The notes under the pieces are model-generated. The model did not search any database. It was given only the letters and a program-made list of their open reading frames with translations, and was not told the origin of the DNA. Both the position numbers and the translations under genes were made by a program. Positions 49,674 to 58,990 of a DNA stretch of 64,000 nucleotides are shown piece after piece. The DNA is taken from the NCBI GenBank assembly GCA_963827165.1, contig CAWGZR010000006.1:78166-142165 (forward strand). Reading direction: 5' to 3'. Each line of letters starts with the position of its first letter. Positions within the stretch are counted from its first letter, which is position 1. This DNA is from Candidatus Bathyarchaeota archaeon (lineage in GTDB: Archaea > Thermoproteota > Bathyarchaeia > Bathyarchaeales > Bathycorpusculaceae).

Positions 49674-50909
49674 TCATTTGGCAATTTCATCCTTGTCGCA
49701 TTTTTGGAAGAAGTCTTTAGAGGACCTGTTGATGATGAAAATCAACAGAACCGAAGCTATCCCAATCAAGATCCCCACCACTATTGTGTATATGAAAACT
49801 GAGAAGAACGGGTTGTTGAGAACTGAGATTGCTCCCCCGCCCCCTTTGAGTGGGTTGTATACTACGTTTGCTGTTGCGTCAAGAATCCATCGGCTCCAAG
49901 CGACTGAAACAATCAAGCCGATATTTCGCAGCATTTTTGAGTCCCTTTCAAAGTATAAACGTACGCTTCGACCAAAAAGAACTATTATTATGCCTATGAC
50001 TACCAGGGTTTCTATGCCTTTAATGAAGAAAGTAGCTATTTTCGGGGTGACGGCTACCCAGCTATCGAAAGAAGACGGAAACGGCGCAATGTTGATGTTG
50101 ACGTTTTGAACTCCTAAATAAACGCTGACTGCTATGCATAGGATTCCAGCGAAAACAGTATAATTTGAGATTTGCATTGGCAACGACGGTGGAGAATACT
50201 CTTTTACCCATGTGTACGCGTCTTTAGCTGACCGGTCAACGCCGAATCCCTTGATAAGCAGGTATCCTCCTATAACAATTACAATGGCAATCCCGAAGTA
50301 AGCAATAGCACCTGGGTAAACATAGTTGTTGATGGCCCATAAGATGCCGAAAATCAAAACGAGCAGCCCGGGCAAACCAAGCGCCAAACGGGCGTATCGT
50401 GGGTTATCCACTAGCAACCTAACGTATTTGCCGAAGACGGCTGCGGTTTCCTCGATGGATTCACTGTGCTTTATAACTATTCGTCTCACTGAGGATACGG
50501 GTACTCTGGATTCTACAAGAGGCAGTACAGCCTCATCGGAGTAACCGTCTGAAACTAGAATAACTTCATTGGCGCTGAAGGAGTCAAGCAGGCTATTTAG
50601 TTGACTGACGAGTTTTCGGTCCGCGCTAACGCCGCCAAGCTCTGAGCCTGATATGGTTGCGACTTCGAAGATTTCTTCCGGCTGCTTTTCATTCTGTAAC
50701 CTGTCATGCAGACGGATTGCCTCAAACATGGCGTTTGCGTCAGGTTCTTCAGGGTCTTTTAAAGCTAAAGTGACGGCCCCATCCAGGTTGGCTGTTCTCC
50801 CGAGAAGCGGCGTTTTGACTCCAGCTTTAACCTCCAAGTCCCCGTCTCGATCGACACATAAAATCAGGATACGCTTTTGCGTTTGATCTTGCGTTTCCTT
50901 CTTAGCCAT
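49674..50909 (-). CDS. DUF373 family membrane protein
   Basis: LILCVDRDGDL, DPEEPDANAMF, VSDGYSDE; usual position upstream of uppS. Confidence 0.9.
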   Translation of the reverse strand: MAKKETQDQTQKRILILCVDRDGDLEVKAGVKTPLLGRTANLDGAVTLALKDPEEPDANAMFEAIRLHDRLQNEKQPEEIFEVATISGSELGGVSADRKLVSQLNSLLDSFSANEVILVSDGYSDEAVLPLVESRVPVSSVRRIVIKHSESIEETAAVFGKYVRLLVDNPRYARLALGLPGLLVLIFGILWAINNYVYPGAIAYFGIAIVIVIGGYLLIKGFGVDRSAKDAYTWVKEYSPPSLPMQISNYTVFAGILCIAVSVYLGVQNVNINIAPFPSSFDSWVAVTPKIATFFIKGIETLVVIGIIIVLFGRSVRLYFERDSKMLRNIGLIVSVAWSRWILDATANVVYNPLKGGGGAISVLNNPFFSVFIYTIVVGILIGIASVLLIFIINRSSKDFFQKCDKDEIAK

Positions 50910-50944
50910 TATGGATTCAATCCAACTATATTAACGACTTAACT

Positions 50945-51919
50945 TTAATCTTGTGCTTCTGAATCGCCTTCCGCGTCGTCGCCCATCATGACCTGAAATT
51001 CATCCCAGCTCACTTCTTCGCCTTTCTGAAGTTTCTCCCTCGCCTCCGCACTAATCTTTTCTTTGATGGCTTGCTCCTTTTCCTTGTTCGCCTGCTCCCT
51101 CGCTTTGCTGACGCTTTGCTGTTCTTGACTAGACTTTTCGAACATCGCTCGATCACGCGCCCTAATTTCAGCAGCCGCCTTTGCTTCCTGAGCCATTTCA
51201 GTTTTTACCACGTTAAGTTGCCCAATTAACTGCCCAATCTTCTCGTACAATTGGGGAATAGTCTCATCTTTCGTTTTAATGAAAAGTTGATGTTGGCCGT
51301 CAGCTTGGCTCCTGCTGATCTTCATGACATTTACTCTTTCAATCATTTTTGAGTGGATTTCTTGGCTTTTGGCGGCTAAATCGGTTATTTCCTTATGAAG
51401 CACATCCGCTTGCTCGTCAAATGTTTTCCTTTGCGCAAGAAAATTTTTGATTTTGGTGTTCTGAACATCGATTTTTTTGTAGCCGCTGAGCATTATTTCA
51501 AGCTGCTTTACATTCTCTATAAGCATTTTTTCCTCTTGCAGGTCAAGAGAAGTGGTAGAAATTTTCCATTCGATAGCGTCATGATCTTCCTGCAAGTCCC
51601 GTTGGCTCTCCCGTGGGAGATTCTTTTTAAGAACAGCAATTTTTGCCCTCGCCGTCTTTATGCCTTCGTTGATGGGGTCGGACTGCGCCCTAATAGCATC
51701 CCTTTGACTTTTAAGCAGTCTGACTCGCTCATTTATTGTGTCGCGCTCGGTCTTTAGCCCGTTAATTTCATCCCTTGCTTTCGTAACTTCCTCGTTCAGC
51801 TCGTTTCTTCTGTCAATGTGGTTCTTAATTTGAACGTTCGCATTGTTCACTTCTTCTCTTAGCTTTTGGATTTGCTGGATGATATCTTGTTTTTGATTCA
51901 TGTTTTGTTCTCTTGACAC
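50945..51919 (-). CDS. Archaeal coiled-coil protein (COG1340-like)
   Basis: Long heptad pattern, IEWKISTTSLDLQEEK, EKLQKGEEVSWDE. Confidence 0.82.
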   Translation of the reverse strand: MSREQNMNQKQDIIQQIQKLREEVNNANVQIKNHIDRRNELNEEVTKARDEINGLKTERDTINERVRLLKSQRDAIRAQSDPINEGIKTARAKIAVLKKNLPRESQRDLQEDHDAIEWKISTTSLDLQEEKMLIENVKQLEIMLSGYKKIDVQNTKIKNFLAQRKTFDEQADVLHKEITDLAAKSQEIHSKMIERVNVMKISRSQADGQHQLFIKTKDETIPQLYEKIGQLIGQLNVVKTEMAQEAKAAAEIRARDRAMFEKSSQEQQSVSKAREQANKEKEQAIKEKISAEAREKLQKGEEVSWDEFQVMMGDDAEGDSEAQD

Positions 51920-52075
51920 GCGGAAGCCTCTCTCTGATAACTTCAGTATTGTGGTGGTGGTGCAATTTATAACGATTATCTATGTTAAATCGTTATTTTC
52001 ATGTAGTAAAGCATTATCAAGCTTATAATTTTTAAATACATGGTGCACCCATTGAGTCTGTGAGATGTACTCTAT

Positions 52076-52486
52076 ATGTCCTTTAATTACGATGACTTAC
52101 TAAAGAAGGCTTGTGCTCAAATGCCTGAGGTTTCTGAGAAGCGCGAACGCTTAGAATTGCCAAGGCTAATGGTTAGTATGGTGGGCATGAGGACCATAAT
52201 CTCGAATTTTAAAGAGGTTTCAGACGCCTTGGACCGCGATCCCATGCACATCCTCAAGTTCTTAACAAGAGAAATGGCCACTGCAGCAACTTTCCAAGAT
52301 TCGCGAGCAATTTTCCAAGGAAAATTCCAACGAGACAGTTTTGAACGGCTACTGCAAAGGTACATGGAGAGCTATGTTGTTTGCCCAGTTTGCAAACGTC
52401 CCGACACAAGAATTGTGAAGGAAAAACGTTTATCATTTATAGTGTGTAACGCTTGCGGCGCAAAATCATCTATAAAACAACTATAA
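52076..52486 (+). CDS. eif2b: Translation initiation factor aIF2 beta
   Basis: YDDLL, TIISNF, LDRDPMHILKFL, YVVCPVCKRPDT, CNACGA. Confidence 0.95.
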   Translation: MSFNYDDLLKKACAQMPEVSEKRERLELPRLMVSMVGMRTIISNFKEVSDALDRDPMHILKFLTREMATAATFQDSRAIFQGKFQRDSFERLLQRYMESYVVCPVCKRPDTRIVKEKRLSFIVCNACGAKSSIKQL

Positions 52487-52493
52487 GGGACCA

Positions 52494-52793
52494 TTGATGG
52501 ATGTTTACGTGAACCTTAAAAGAGCCGGCAGAAACGTCCTCTTAGCAGTCTGCGACTGCGAACTTTTAGGCAAAACACTGCAAGAAGGCAAAATCGTCTT
52601 CAAAATCAAAGAGGAATTCTATAACGGCAGAAAAGCAACAGTTGACGAAGCTATGGGAATGATAGATAACTCGACCATAGTGAACCTCGTTGGCAAAGTA
52701 TGCGTTGAAAAAGCCATAGCACACGGCTACGTACACCCCGAAGCAGTCATAAAAATCGAAGGCGTACCCCATGCACAAATCATGAAACTTTGA
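52494..52793 (+). CDS. DUF424 family protein
   Basis: LAVCDCELLGKT, EEFYNG, VNLVG, GVPHAQ. Confidence 0.9.
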   Translation: MMDVYVNLKRAGRNVLLAVCDCELLGKTLQEGKIVFKIKEEFYNGRKATVDEAMGMIDNSTIVNLVGKVCVEKAIAHGYVHPEAVIKIEGVPHAQIMKL

Positions 52794-52980
52794 AGACACC
52801 TGAGGTAAATAGTAAATTTATTATGAGATACCGCAGAAAAACAGGAGGCCTATTCGGCTAGACTTAAGCTCTAATAAAAAACTTTGAACAAGCCTTAACA
52901 CCAGAGATAGCGATTTGGGAATGTTGCCTCATTTCTTGGTTAAAAACCATTAAATACCGCGCCTGACGCTTCAGGCCGCT

Positions 52981-53712
52981 TCAGGTTTTTGCGCATGCTT
53001 TGTTGTAGGGTGTGCTTAAAACTTCTTTCACTTTGTTGGTTATCACGGGGCCCAGTCCATTAACGGATTTTGACCAATCATCGGCGTTTATCAACGCGTT
53101 CAGGGGCGTTTGGTAGGATTCAAGGATGGCTACTGCTTTTTCTCTACCGATACTTGGTAAGCTGGCCACAAGGAAGACTTGGGCGTCTGAGATTGTGTCG
53201 CATTTCTTGATGGCATGCACGATTGGGCTTCTTTTTTCCACTATCTGCTCTTGTTTGGCTGCGGTGTAGAGGAAATCAGCTGTTTCCTTCTGGTTAGAGG
53301 TGTTTACTATTGCGATGCCGTTCTTTGCCAGATTGAACATTGCTCCCCAAATCGCGCTGGGTTGAATATTGCTGAACTTGTAAATTATCGGCAAGTAGCC
53401 TTCAAGCACAATAAGTGACTTCGGGTAGGCTTCTTTTAGGGTGAATAGCTGTTCGAAAAGGTAACGCCGAGTCAAGGTGTAGACGAAATCGCGTACGGTT
53501 TTGCGTTCGACTGCGCATTGGTCAGAGAGCACATAGTCGCCTTTCTCCAGCATCTGACGCTTAACGTTGGCGCCATGCTCAACCAAGCCCGTAACGATCT
53601 TCTGCGCACTGCTGGCTTCGCGGCTATCAATTATGATAGTGGGCTCCTCGCCTGGCTTCTTCTTCTCGTTTACGTAAGGAAGCAACGTTTCTTCTCCAGA
53701 CATAACTCTCAA
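52981..53712 (-). CDS. xpf: ERCC4-domain (short XPF-type) nuclease
   Basis: IIDSRE, GDYVL, VERKT, HhH SLPSIGREKA and VNGLGP. Confidence 0.88.
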   Translation of the reverse strand: MRVMSGEETLLPYVNEKKKPGEEPTIIIDSREASSAQKIVTGLVEHGANVKRQMLEKGDYVLSDQCAVERKTVRDFVYTLTRRYLFEQLFTLKEAYPKSLIVLEGYLPIIYKFSNIQPSAIWGAMFNLAKNGIAIVNTSNQKETADFLYTAAKQEQIVEKRSPIVHAIKKCDTISDAQVFLVASLPSIGREKAVAILESYQTPLNALINADDWSKSVNGLGPVITNKVKEVLSTPYNKACAKT

Positions 53713-53804
53713 CCTAAAATACGATACCTACGACGCAGGCTTATTTCAATTACGCTCCAGCCGATGTGAACGAAAAGGAAGGGCTGTGCAGCTTTTTACT
53801 TGAC

Positions 53805-54521
53805 TTAGGGTTTTTGCGCAAGCGTCATTGTCTTTGCCGTAAACGACTCCATTTTGTAGACTTCAATCTGCGGCATCGACACCTTGACTTTCTCTTTGAA
53901 CTGTTCCTTCTGTTTGCTTGAACCATGCATGGTTATTGCAACGTCGGGTTTAACGTCAGCGGCCATTTTGTAGGCGTTTTCAGGTGAAGCGGTTGGGGAC
54001 ATTCTTCCAACGGGAACAATAGCTACCTGTGAGGGGTAATCTTTGAGGTTAACATAACCTGAGTCGCCTCCGTGGAAAACCGTTATGTCATCCATCTTAA
54101 ATTGGTAAAGCATTATTGGTCCTCGATGGATTCCCTGAATTGCCGTGACATCAACGTCCCCTAGAGTGTAGGTTTTGCCGTTTTCTGCAATTACGAGTTT
54201 TTCGTTAGTTATTTTTCCTTTAAGCTTTCTAAACACCTTAGATTCGGCGAGAACTGGCGCTGCGGTTTCTTTGAAGATTTCCTGTGTTTTTCCTGATGAA
54301 AAATGATCCAGGTGATCATGCGTTAAGAGAACTATGTTAATGCCTTTTAGCGCCTTCACCTCATCGCCTTTGAGCATGCCCGCGGGATCGATCAAAACGG
54401 AGTGCCCAACGCTTCTGATGATGAAACCTGAAACACCCAAGTAGAAAACAGAAAACTCGTTTTTCTGCAACGGAGCAGCGAAGAACGCTTGTATCTCCTT
54501 AGCCTTGCTTTCCCTAAACAA
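53805..54521 (-). CDS. Metallo-beta-lactamase fold hydrolase
   Basis: LIDP, THDHLDH, FHGGDS, MHG. Confidence 0.9.
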   Translation of the reverse strand: MFRESKAKEIQAFFAAPLQKNEFSVFYLGVSGFIIRSVGHSVLIDPAGMLKGDEVKALKGINIVLLTHDHLDHFSSGKTQEIFKETAAPVLAESKVFRKLKGKITNEKLVIAENGKTYTLGDVDVTAIQGIHRGPIMLYQFKMDDITVFHGGDSGYVNLKDYPSQVAIVPVGRMSPTASPENAYKMAADVKPDVAITMHGSSKQKEQFKEKVKVSMPQIEVYKMESFTAKTMTLAQKP

Positions 54522-55018
54522 ATCGAAGCACCTGCTTCACTGTGAAGGAATCAGGTATAAAAATTAACCGCATGCTCACTTACCGACCATGGAGTTTGGG
54601 AAATAAGGAAAGGGTTTTCCGAGCTCGAAAAGGGACCATTGGATGGGTAAAGATGATTTTATTCGTACCTGATTAAGAATAAGGGTTGTTTTGCGTCTCT
54701 GCGCCTTACTTCTAGTGGTATATCTTCTAATGTGGTAAGCTGGAGTCTTGTGGCTAGACACTCTTTTTTTGGCTTATCTTGAAAGTTTTTCTGTAATAGG
54801 ATAGAGTTTTCTGTTTGACAATCCACTAACTCTCACCTTAGTTAGCCACTTAGCATCATAGGATATACACGCTTGTGACTGTCACGATACAACAACAATG
54901 CAGAATCATCTAAAGTAAAATCAAGGGAAAACAGAATTGAAACGCTGAATGAATGATTAATTGCAAACTAAATTAAAGGAACTATGGTTTCGATTGCGAT
55001 AAAAATAAAATGGAGGGT

Positions 55019-56323
55019 TTATGGTCCCTTTTTGGTTACTTCTTTTATAACGCCGGCAGCTACGGTTGTGCCCATGTCTCTGATTGCGAAGCGTCCTAGC
55101 TCTGGAAAGTCAGTGTACTGTTCGACTGCAATTGGATGAAGCGGCTCCATTCTTACCCATGCTGCGTCTCCTGTCTTGAGGAATGCTGGTTTCTCTTCTG
55201 TCACTTGGCCTGTGCGTGGATCGATTTTCTTGACGAGTTCTGTGAATTTGACTGCGATTTGTCCTGTGTGGTAGTGAAGTACTGGTGTGTATCCTGCTGC
55301 TATGGCAGTTGGGTGATAAATGACGATGATTTGGCCGATGAATTCTTTTGCTACTGTTGGTGGGTTGTCAACGGTTCCTGCTACGTCGCCTCTGTGAATG
55401 TCAGCTTTGGCTATGCCTCTTACGTTCATGCCGATGTTGTCGCCTGGTTCAGCCATTGGAATCATTGTGTGGTGCATTTCGATTGATTTAACTTCGCCTG
55501 TCTTGTTGCTTGGCATGAAGATTATGTTTTGTCCTGGTTTTAGAATGCCTGTTTCGACTCTGCCAACTGGTACTGTGCCGATGCCTGTGATGCTGTAAAT
55601 GTCTTGGACGGGTACGCGGAGGGGTTTGTTAGTTGGTTTAGCTGGGACTTCAAGGAGGTCTAACGCTTCAATTAGGGTTGGACCAGTGTACCATGGTAAC
55701 TTGTCGGTTTTTTTGATGAGGTTTTCGCCAGTCCAGCCTGAAACGGGTATGAAGTTGATTTTTTCGATTTTGAAGCCTACCATTCGGAGCATTCTTGAAA
55801 CTTCGTTCTTTATTTCTTCGTAGCGTTCTTTGCTATAGTTTACAGAGATGTCGTCCATTTTGTTTACTGCAACGATTAGTTGGCGGATGCCCAATGTGAA
55901 TGCGAGAAAAGCGTGTTCACGGGTTTGTCCTCCTGGACCGATGCCTGCTTCGAACTCGCCTTTTTTGGCCGAGCAGAAAAGAACTGCTGCGTCTGCTTGG
56001 CTTGCACCTGTAATCATGTTCTTTACGAAGTCGCGGTGTCCTGGTGCATCGATGACTGTGTAGTTGAATTTCTTGGTTTCGAATTTGAGGAACCGTAGGT
56101 CAATTGTAACTCCTCTTTCTCGTTCTTCTTTGAGGTTGTCGAGTACCCAAGCGTACTTGAATGTGCCTTTGCCCATTTTTTCGGCTTCTTCTTCAAAGGC
56201 TTTGATTGTCCGCTCGTCGATAGCGCCTGCTAAGTAAAGAAGGTGACCTGTAGTTGTTGATTTTCCGTGGTCAACGTGCCCCATGATTATGAGGTTTAAG
56301 TGGGGTTTTTCTGATTTGCTCAT
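55019..56323 (-). CDS. tuf: Translation elongation factor EF-1 alpha
   Basis: [47 protein letters not shown]. Confidence 0.98.
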   Translation of the reverse strand: MSKSEKPHLNLIIMGHVDHGKSTTTGHLLYLAGAIDERTIKAFEEEAEKMGKGTFKYAWVLDNLKEERERGVTIDLRFLKFETKKFNYTVIDAPGHRDFVKNMITGASQADAAVLFCSAKKGEFEAGIGPGGQTREHAFLAFTLGIRQLIVAVNKMDDISVNYSKERYEEIKNEVSRMLRMVGFKIEKINFIPVSGWTGENLIKKTDKLPWYTGPTLIEALDLLEVPAKPTNKPLRVPVQDIYSITGIGTVPVGRVETGILKPGQNIIFMPSNKTGEVKSIEMHHTMIPMAEPGDNIGMNVRGIAKADIHRGDVAGTVDNPPTVAKEFIGQIIVIYHPTAIAAGYTPVLHYHTGQIAVKFTELVKKIDPRTGQVTEEKPAFLKTGDAAWVRMEPLHPIAVEQYTDFPELGRFAIRDMGTTVAAGVIKEVTKKGP

Positions 56324-56462
56324 TTTTTCTTCCTCTGTTAATGCATACCTAATTTATGAATTCGTAATCACATCAGTTCACCCAATTATTTTAAGTTTGT
56401 GCGTCTGACTCCCCCAAAAAAGGTAAAGTTGAGGCATTAGGTTTGTGAAAGTTGCGACTTTA

Positions 56463-56625
56463 AATTTTTTTCTTTGTTTTTTGGGTTGCTTTTTGGGTTT
56501 GGGGCTTGAATCGTTTGCAGGTTGCGTCAACTAAAGTCTACTAAAGTCAACTATAGTCTATAAAAGTCAACTAAAGTCAATAAAAGTCCGCTAAAGTCAA
56601 CTAACGTCAACAGAAGTCAACAGGT
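56463..56625 (+). repeat. Leader plus 10-bp-period array, copy A
   Basis: Leader 56463-56528, then ten units from 56526: gtcaactaaa gtctactaaa gtcaactata gtctataaaa gtcaactaaa gtcaataaaa gtccgctaaa gtcaactaac gtcaacagaa gtcaacaggt. Confidence 0.92.
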
Positions 56626-56724
56626 GGCCAATAGGTTCACCTAACACAGAAGCCAAAAGTCGTGACTGAAACAAAACTCAAGAAGTGTCGGTTGACGATA
56701 GTTTGCAGCTTTTCGACCAGAGTA

Positions 56725-56850
56725 TATTTGTGTCTTGGGTCGGTTTTTTGGTTTTTGGCTTGGATTGGCTGCAGGTTAAGTCTAAAAGTCTCCTTAAATC
56801 GCCTAAAATCTCTTAAAAATTCTCGTTTTCTTTAAATTCTCTCAAAATGC
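56725..56850 (+). repeat. Leader plus degenerate array, copy B
   Basis: 56725-56782 matches 56471-56528 at 44/58 ungapped positions; then tctaaaagtc tccttaaatc gcctaaaatc tcttaaaaat tctc...tctcaaaatg. Confidence 0.78.
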
Positions 56851-57022
56851 AATCAAGGCAACGGCAAAAAGCCAAAACAAGACCAAGCAACTTCCTGTTA
56901 TTTGCCGGTCCAGGATTTTTCGGGTGCCCTTAATTGCTCGGTATTGCCGGATTTGGACGCGTCTTTTTTGGTGGCTTAGGTTTAGGTGGGCTTATTAGCC
57001 GAGGGTTGACAATGGCTTATCT

Positions 57023-57685
57023 ATGAGTACGCTTAGCGGCACATTTCAGAGGGTGTCCGTGGTTACCACCACTTGGAACGAAAGAGAAAACATTGAAGAG
57101 CTAATCCTCAGGATCAAATCCACACTTAAGGGTATCCCCCACGAAATAATAGTTGTTGATGACAGCTCTTCTGACGGAACTTTAGACGTTGCGAAGCGCA
57201 TTGCGGATGTAGCGGTATCTAAAGTTCGGGAGGGACAATCCAAAGGTTTGCTTTATGGGATGAACCTGGCCAAGTTCCCTATAATTGTCACCATTGACGC
57301 GGACTTAGAAAACAATCCCGAACTTATCCCTCCCTTGATTCAGAAACTTGAAGACGTTGATTTAGCCGTGGCCTCAAGAACAGTTGTCCCAAGGTTCTCC
57401 GAGAGATTTGCTACCAAAACTTTGGGCAAAAAAATTGGCGTTTCAGATTTTTACTCCAACTTTAGAGCCTACAAAAAAGAAACCCTCCAAGGCTTGACAT
57501 TGCAGGGCGGTGAAACCTTCGGCGGCGAGTTGCTGGTCAAGGCAAAAAAGAATGGATTCAAAATCGGTGAAATAAAATATGATGCTCCACCCAGGCGCAA
57601 TAATCCTCGCATAGGCGGTGACATTCGCGCAAACCTCAGAATATCAGCTGCGACACTCAAATGCCTAATTATCTATTTGTTTTAA
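57023..57685 (+). CDS. Glycosyltransferase family 2 (DPM synthase-like)
   Basis: TWNERENI, IVVDDSSSDGT, IDADL. Confidence 0.9.
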   Translation: MSTLSGTFQRVSVVTTTWNERENIEELILRIKSTLKGIPHEIIVVDDSSSDGTLDVAKRIADVAVSKVREGQSKGLLYGMNLAKFPIIVTIDADLENNPELIPPLIQKLEDVDLAVASRTVVPRFSERFATKTLGKKIGVSDFYSNFRAYKKETLQGLTLQGGETFGGELLVKAKKNGFKIGEIKYDAPPRRNNPRIGGDIRANLRISAATLKCLIIYLF

Positions 57686-57810
57686 GGTGCAGGCCAGCCG
57701 TTTGTTTGTATTCTAAAGATGCAGTGGTTGCTTGTTCACAGCCACAAACCGTTAAGTTCAAAGCCACCTTACTCTAATTGTTTATCAAGGCTTTTTTGGA
57801 AGGATAAATC

Positions 57811-58374
57811 ATGAGTCAACCAAACGAAATAGCAGATTTAGAGGTCGCCACGCTTGCTGCTGGCTGCTTCTGGTGTACAGAAGCTGCGTATAGCATCATT
57901 AAAGGTGTTGAGCGGATTGAGCCTGGTTACACCGGCGGATCGGTTCCCAACCCATCTTACGAAGATGTTTCCACAGGCACCACCGGACATGCGGAAGCCG
58001 CACAGATTTACTTCGATCCCAAGGAGATAAGTTACCGCGAAATTCTTGAAATTTTCTTCACGATCCATGACCCGACGTCACTTAACAGGCAGGGCGCAGA
58101 TGTTGGAACCCAGTACAGGTCAGCCATCTTCTATCACAATGAAACCCAAAAGGTTGAGGCGCAAAAACTCATCGATGAACTCAACAAGGAAGGGATATGG
58201 AATACGCCGATTGTAACCAATGTCGAACCTCTTAAAGTATTTTACAAGGCCGAAACCTACCATAAAGATTACTTCAAAAAGCACCCGAAAGAACCCTATT
58301 GCCAAGTTGTCATTGCGCCAAAAATTGCGAAGCTCCAGCACCGATTTGTGAACAAGATAAAGGCCGCACCATGA
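57811..58374 (+). CDS. msrA: Peptide-methionine (S)-S-oxide reductase
   Basis: GCFWC, GYTGG, TGHAE, HDPTSLNRQGADVGTQYRS, YH. Confidence 0.97.
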   Translation: MSQPNEIADLEVATLAAGCFWCTEAAYSIIKGVERIEPGYTGGSVPNPSYEDVSTGTTGHAEAAQIYFDPKEISYREILEIFFTIHDPTSLNRQGADVGTQYRSAIFYHNETQKVEAQKLIDELNKEGIWNTPIVTNVEPLKVFYKAETYHKDYFKKHPKEPYCQVVIAPKIAKLQHRFVNKIKAAP

Positions 58375-58942
58375 AAGAAGAAAAGCAGACAAATTGCAGG
58401 GCTGAAAAAGTTATACTGGAAATCGAGAAAGCGGCGCGGCGGGATTTTCTTCCGATTGTGGGTCCAAACAGGGGCAAAATCTTAGCTGACGAAGTTCGAA
58501 AGGCTAAACCAATCATATTTTGGAAGTTGACACACTAATCGGTTACTCAGCAATCCTCATTGGAAAGGAACTGGGCGAAGACGCCGAAATAGTGACGATT
58601 GAAATTCACCCTAACGAAGCCGAAAGGGCTGGGTCAAATATTGTCAAATCGAAAATTAAGCCTAAAGTAACAATCATAACTGGTAACGCATTAGAGGTTA
58701 TCCCAACATTAAAACCCTCTTTTGACTTCGCCTTCATTGACGCCGAAAAAACCGAGTATCTCAAGTATCTCGAGCTTATGGAACAAAAATTTCACAAGGG
58801 CATTGTTGTTGTGGCGGATAACGCTGGAATCTTCGCTGACCAAATGAGCGACTACTTGGATTACGTTCGAAATTCTGAGAACTACAGAAGCCGCTTTGCG
58901 CAGGTTGAAGAGGATGGTTTGGAAATAAGCTTCAGGATGTGA
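58371..58942 (+). pseudogene. O-methyltransferase with a one-base deletion
   Basis: LPIVGPNRGKIL...KAKP joins HILEVDTLIGYS...FDFAFIDAEK...VVADN if one base is added near 58511. The SAM-motif Gly (LEVGT) is Asp here. Confidence 0.8.
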
Positions 58943-58990
58943 TTCTCAAAATGAAGGAATTTGGCTGCAGGTCAACCTTTTGGCTGGCAG

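Noticed and set aside
56526-56625. CRISPR array
   Set aside because: Units are 10 nt and contiguous with no unique spacers; no cas genes in the window.
58960-58980. ttggctgcaggtcaa resembling the end of leader B
   Set aside because: Only a short match, with no upstream leader and no array.
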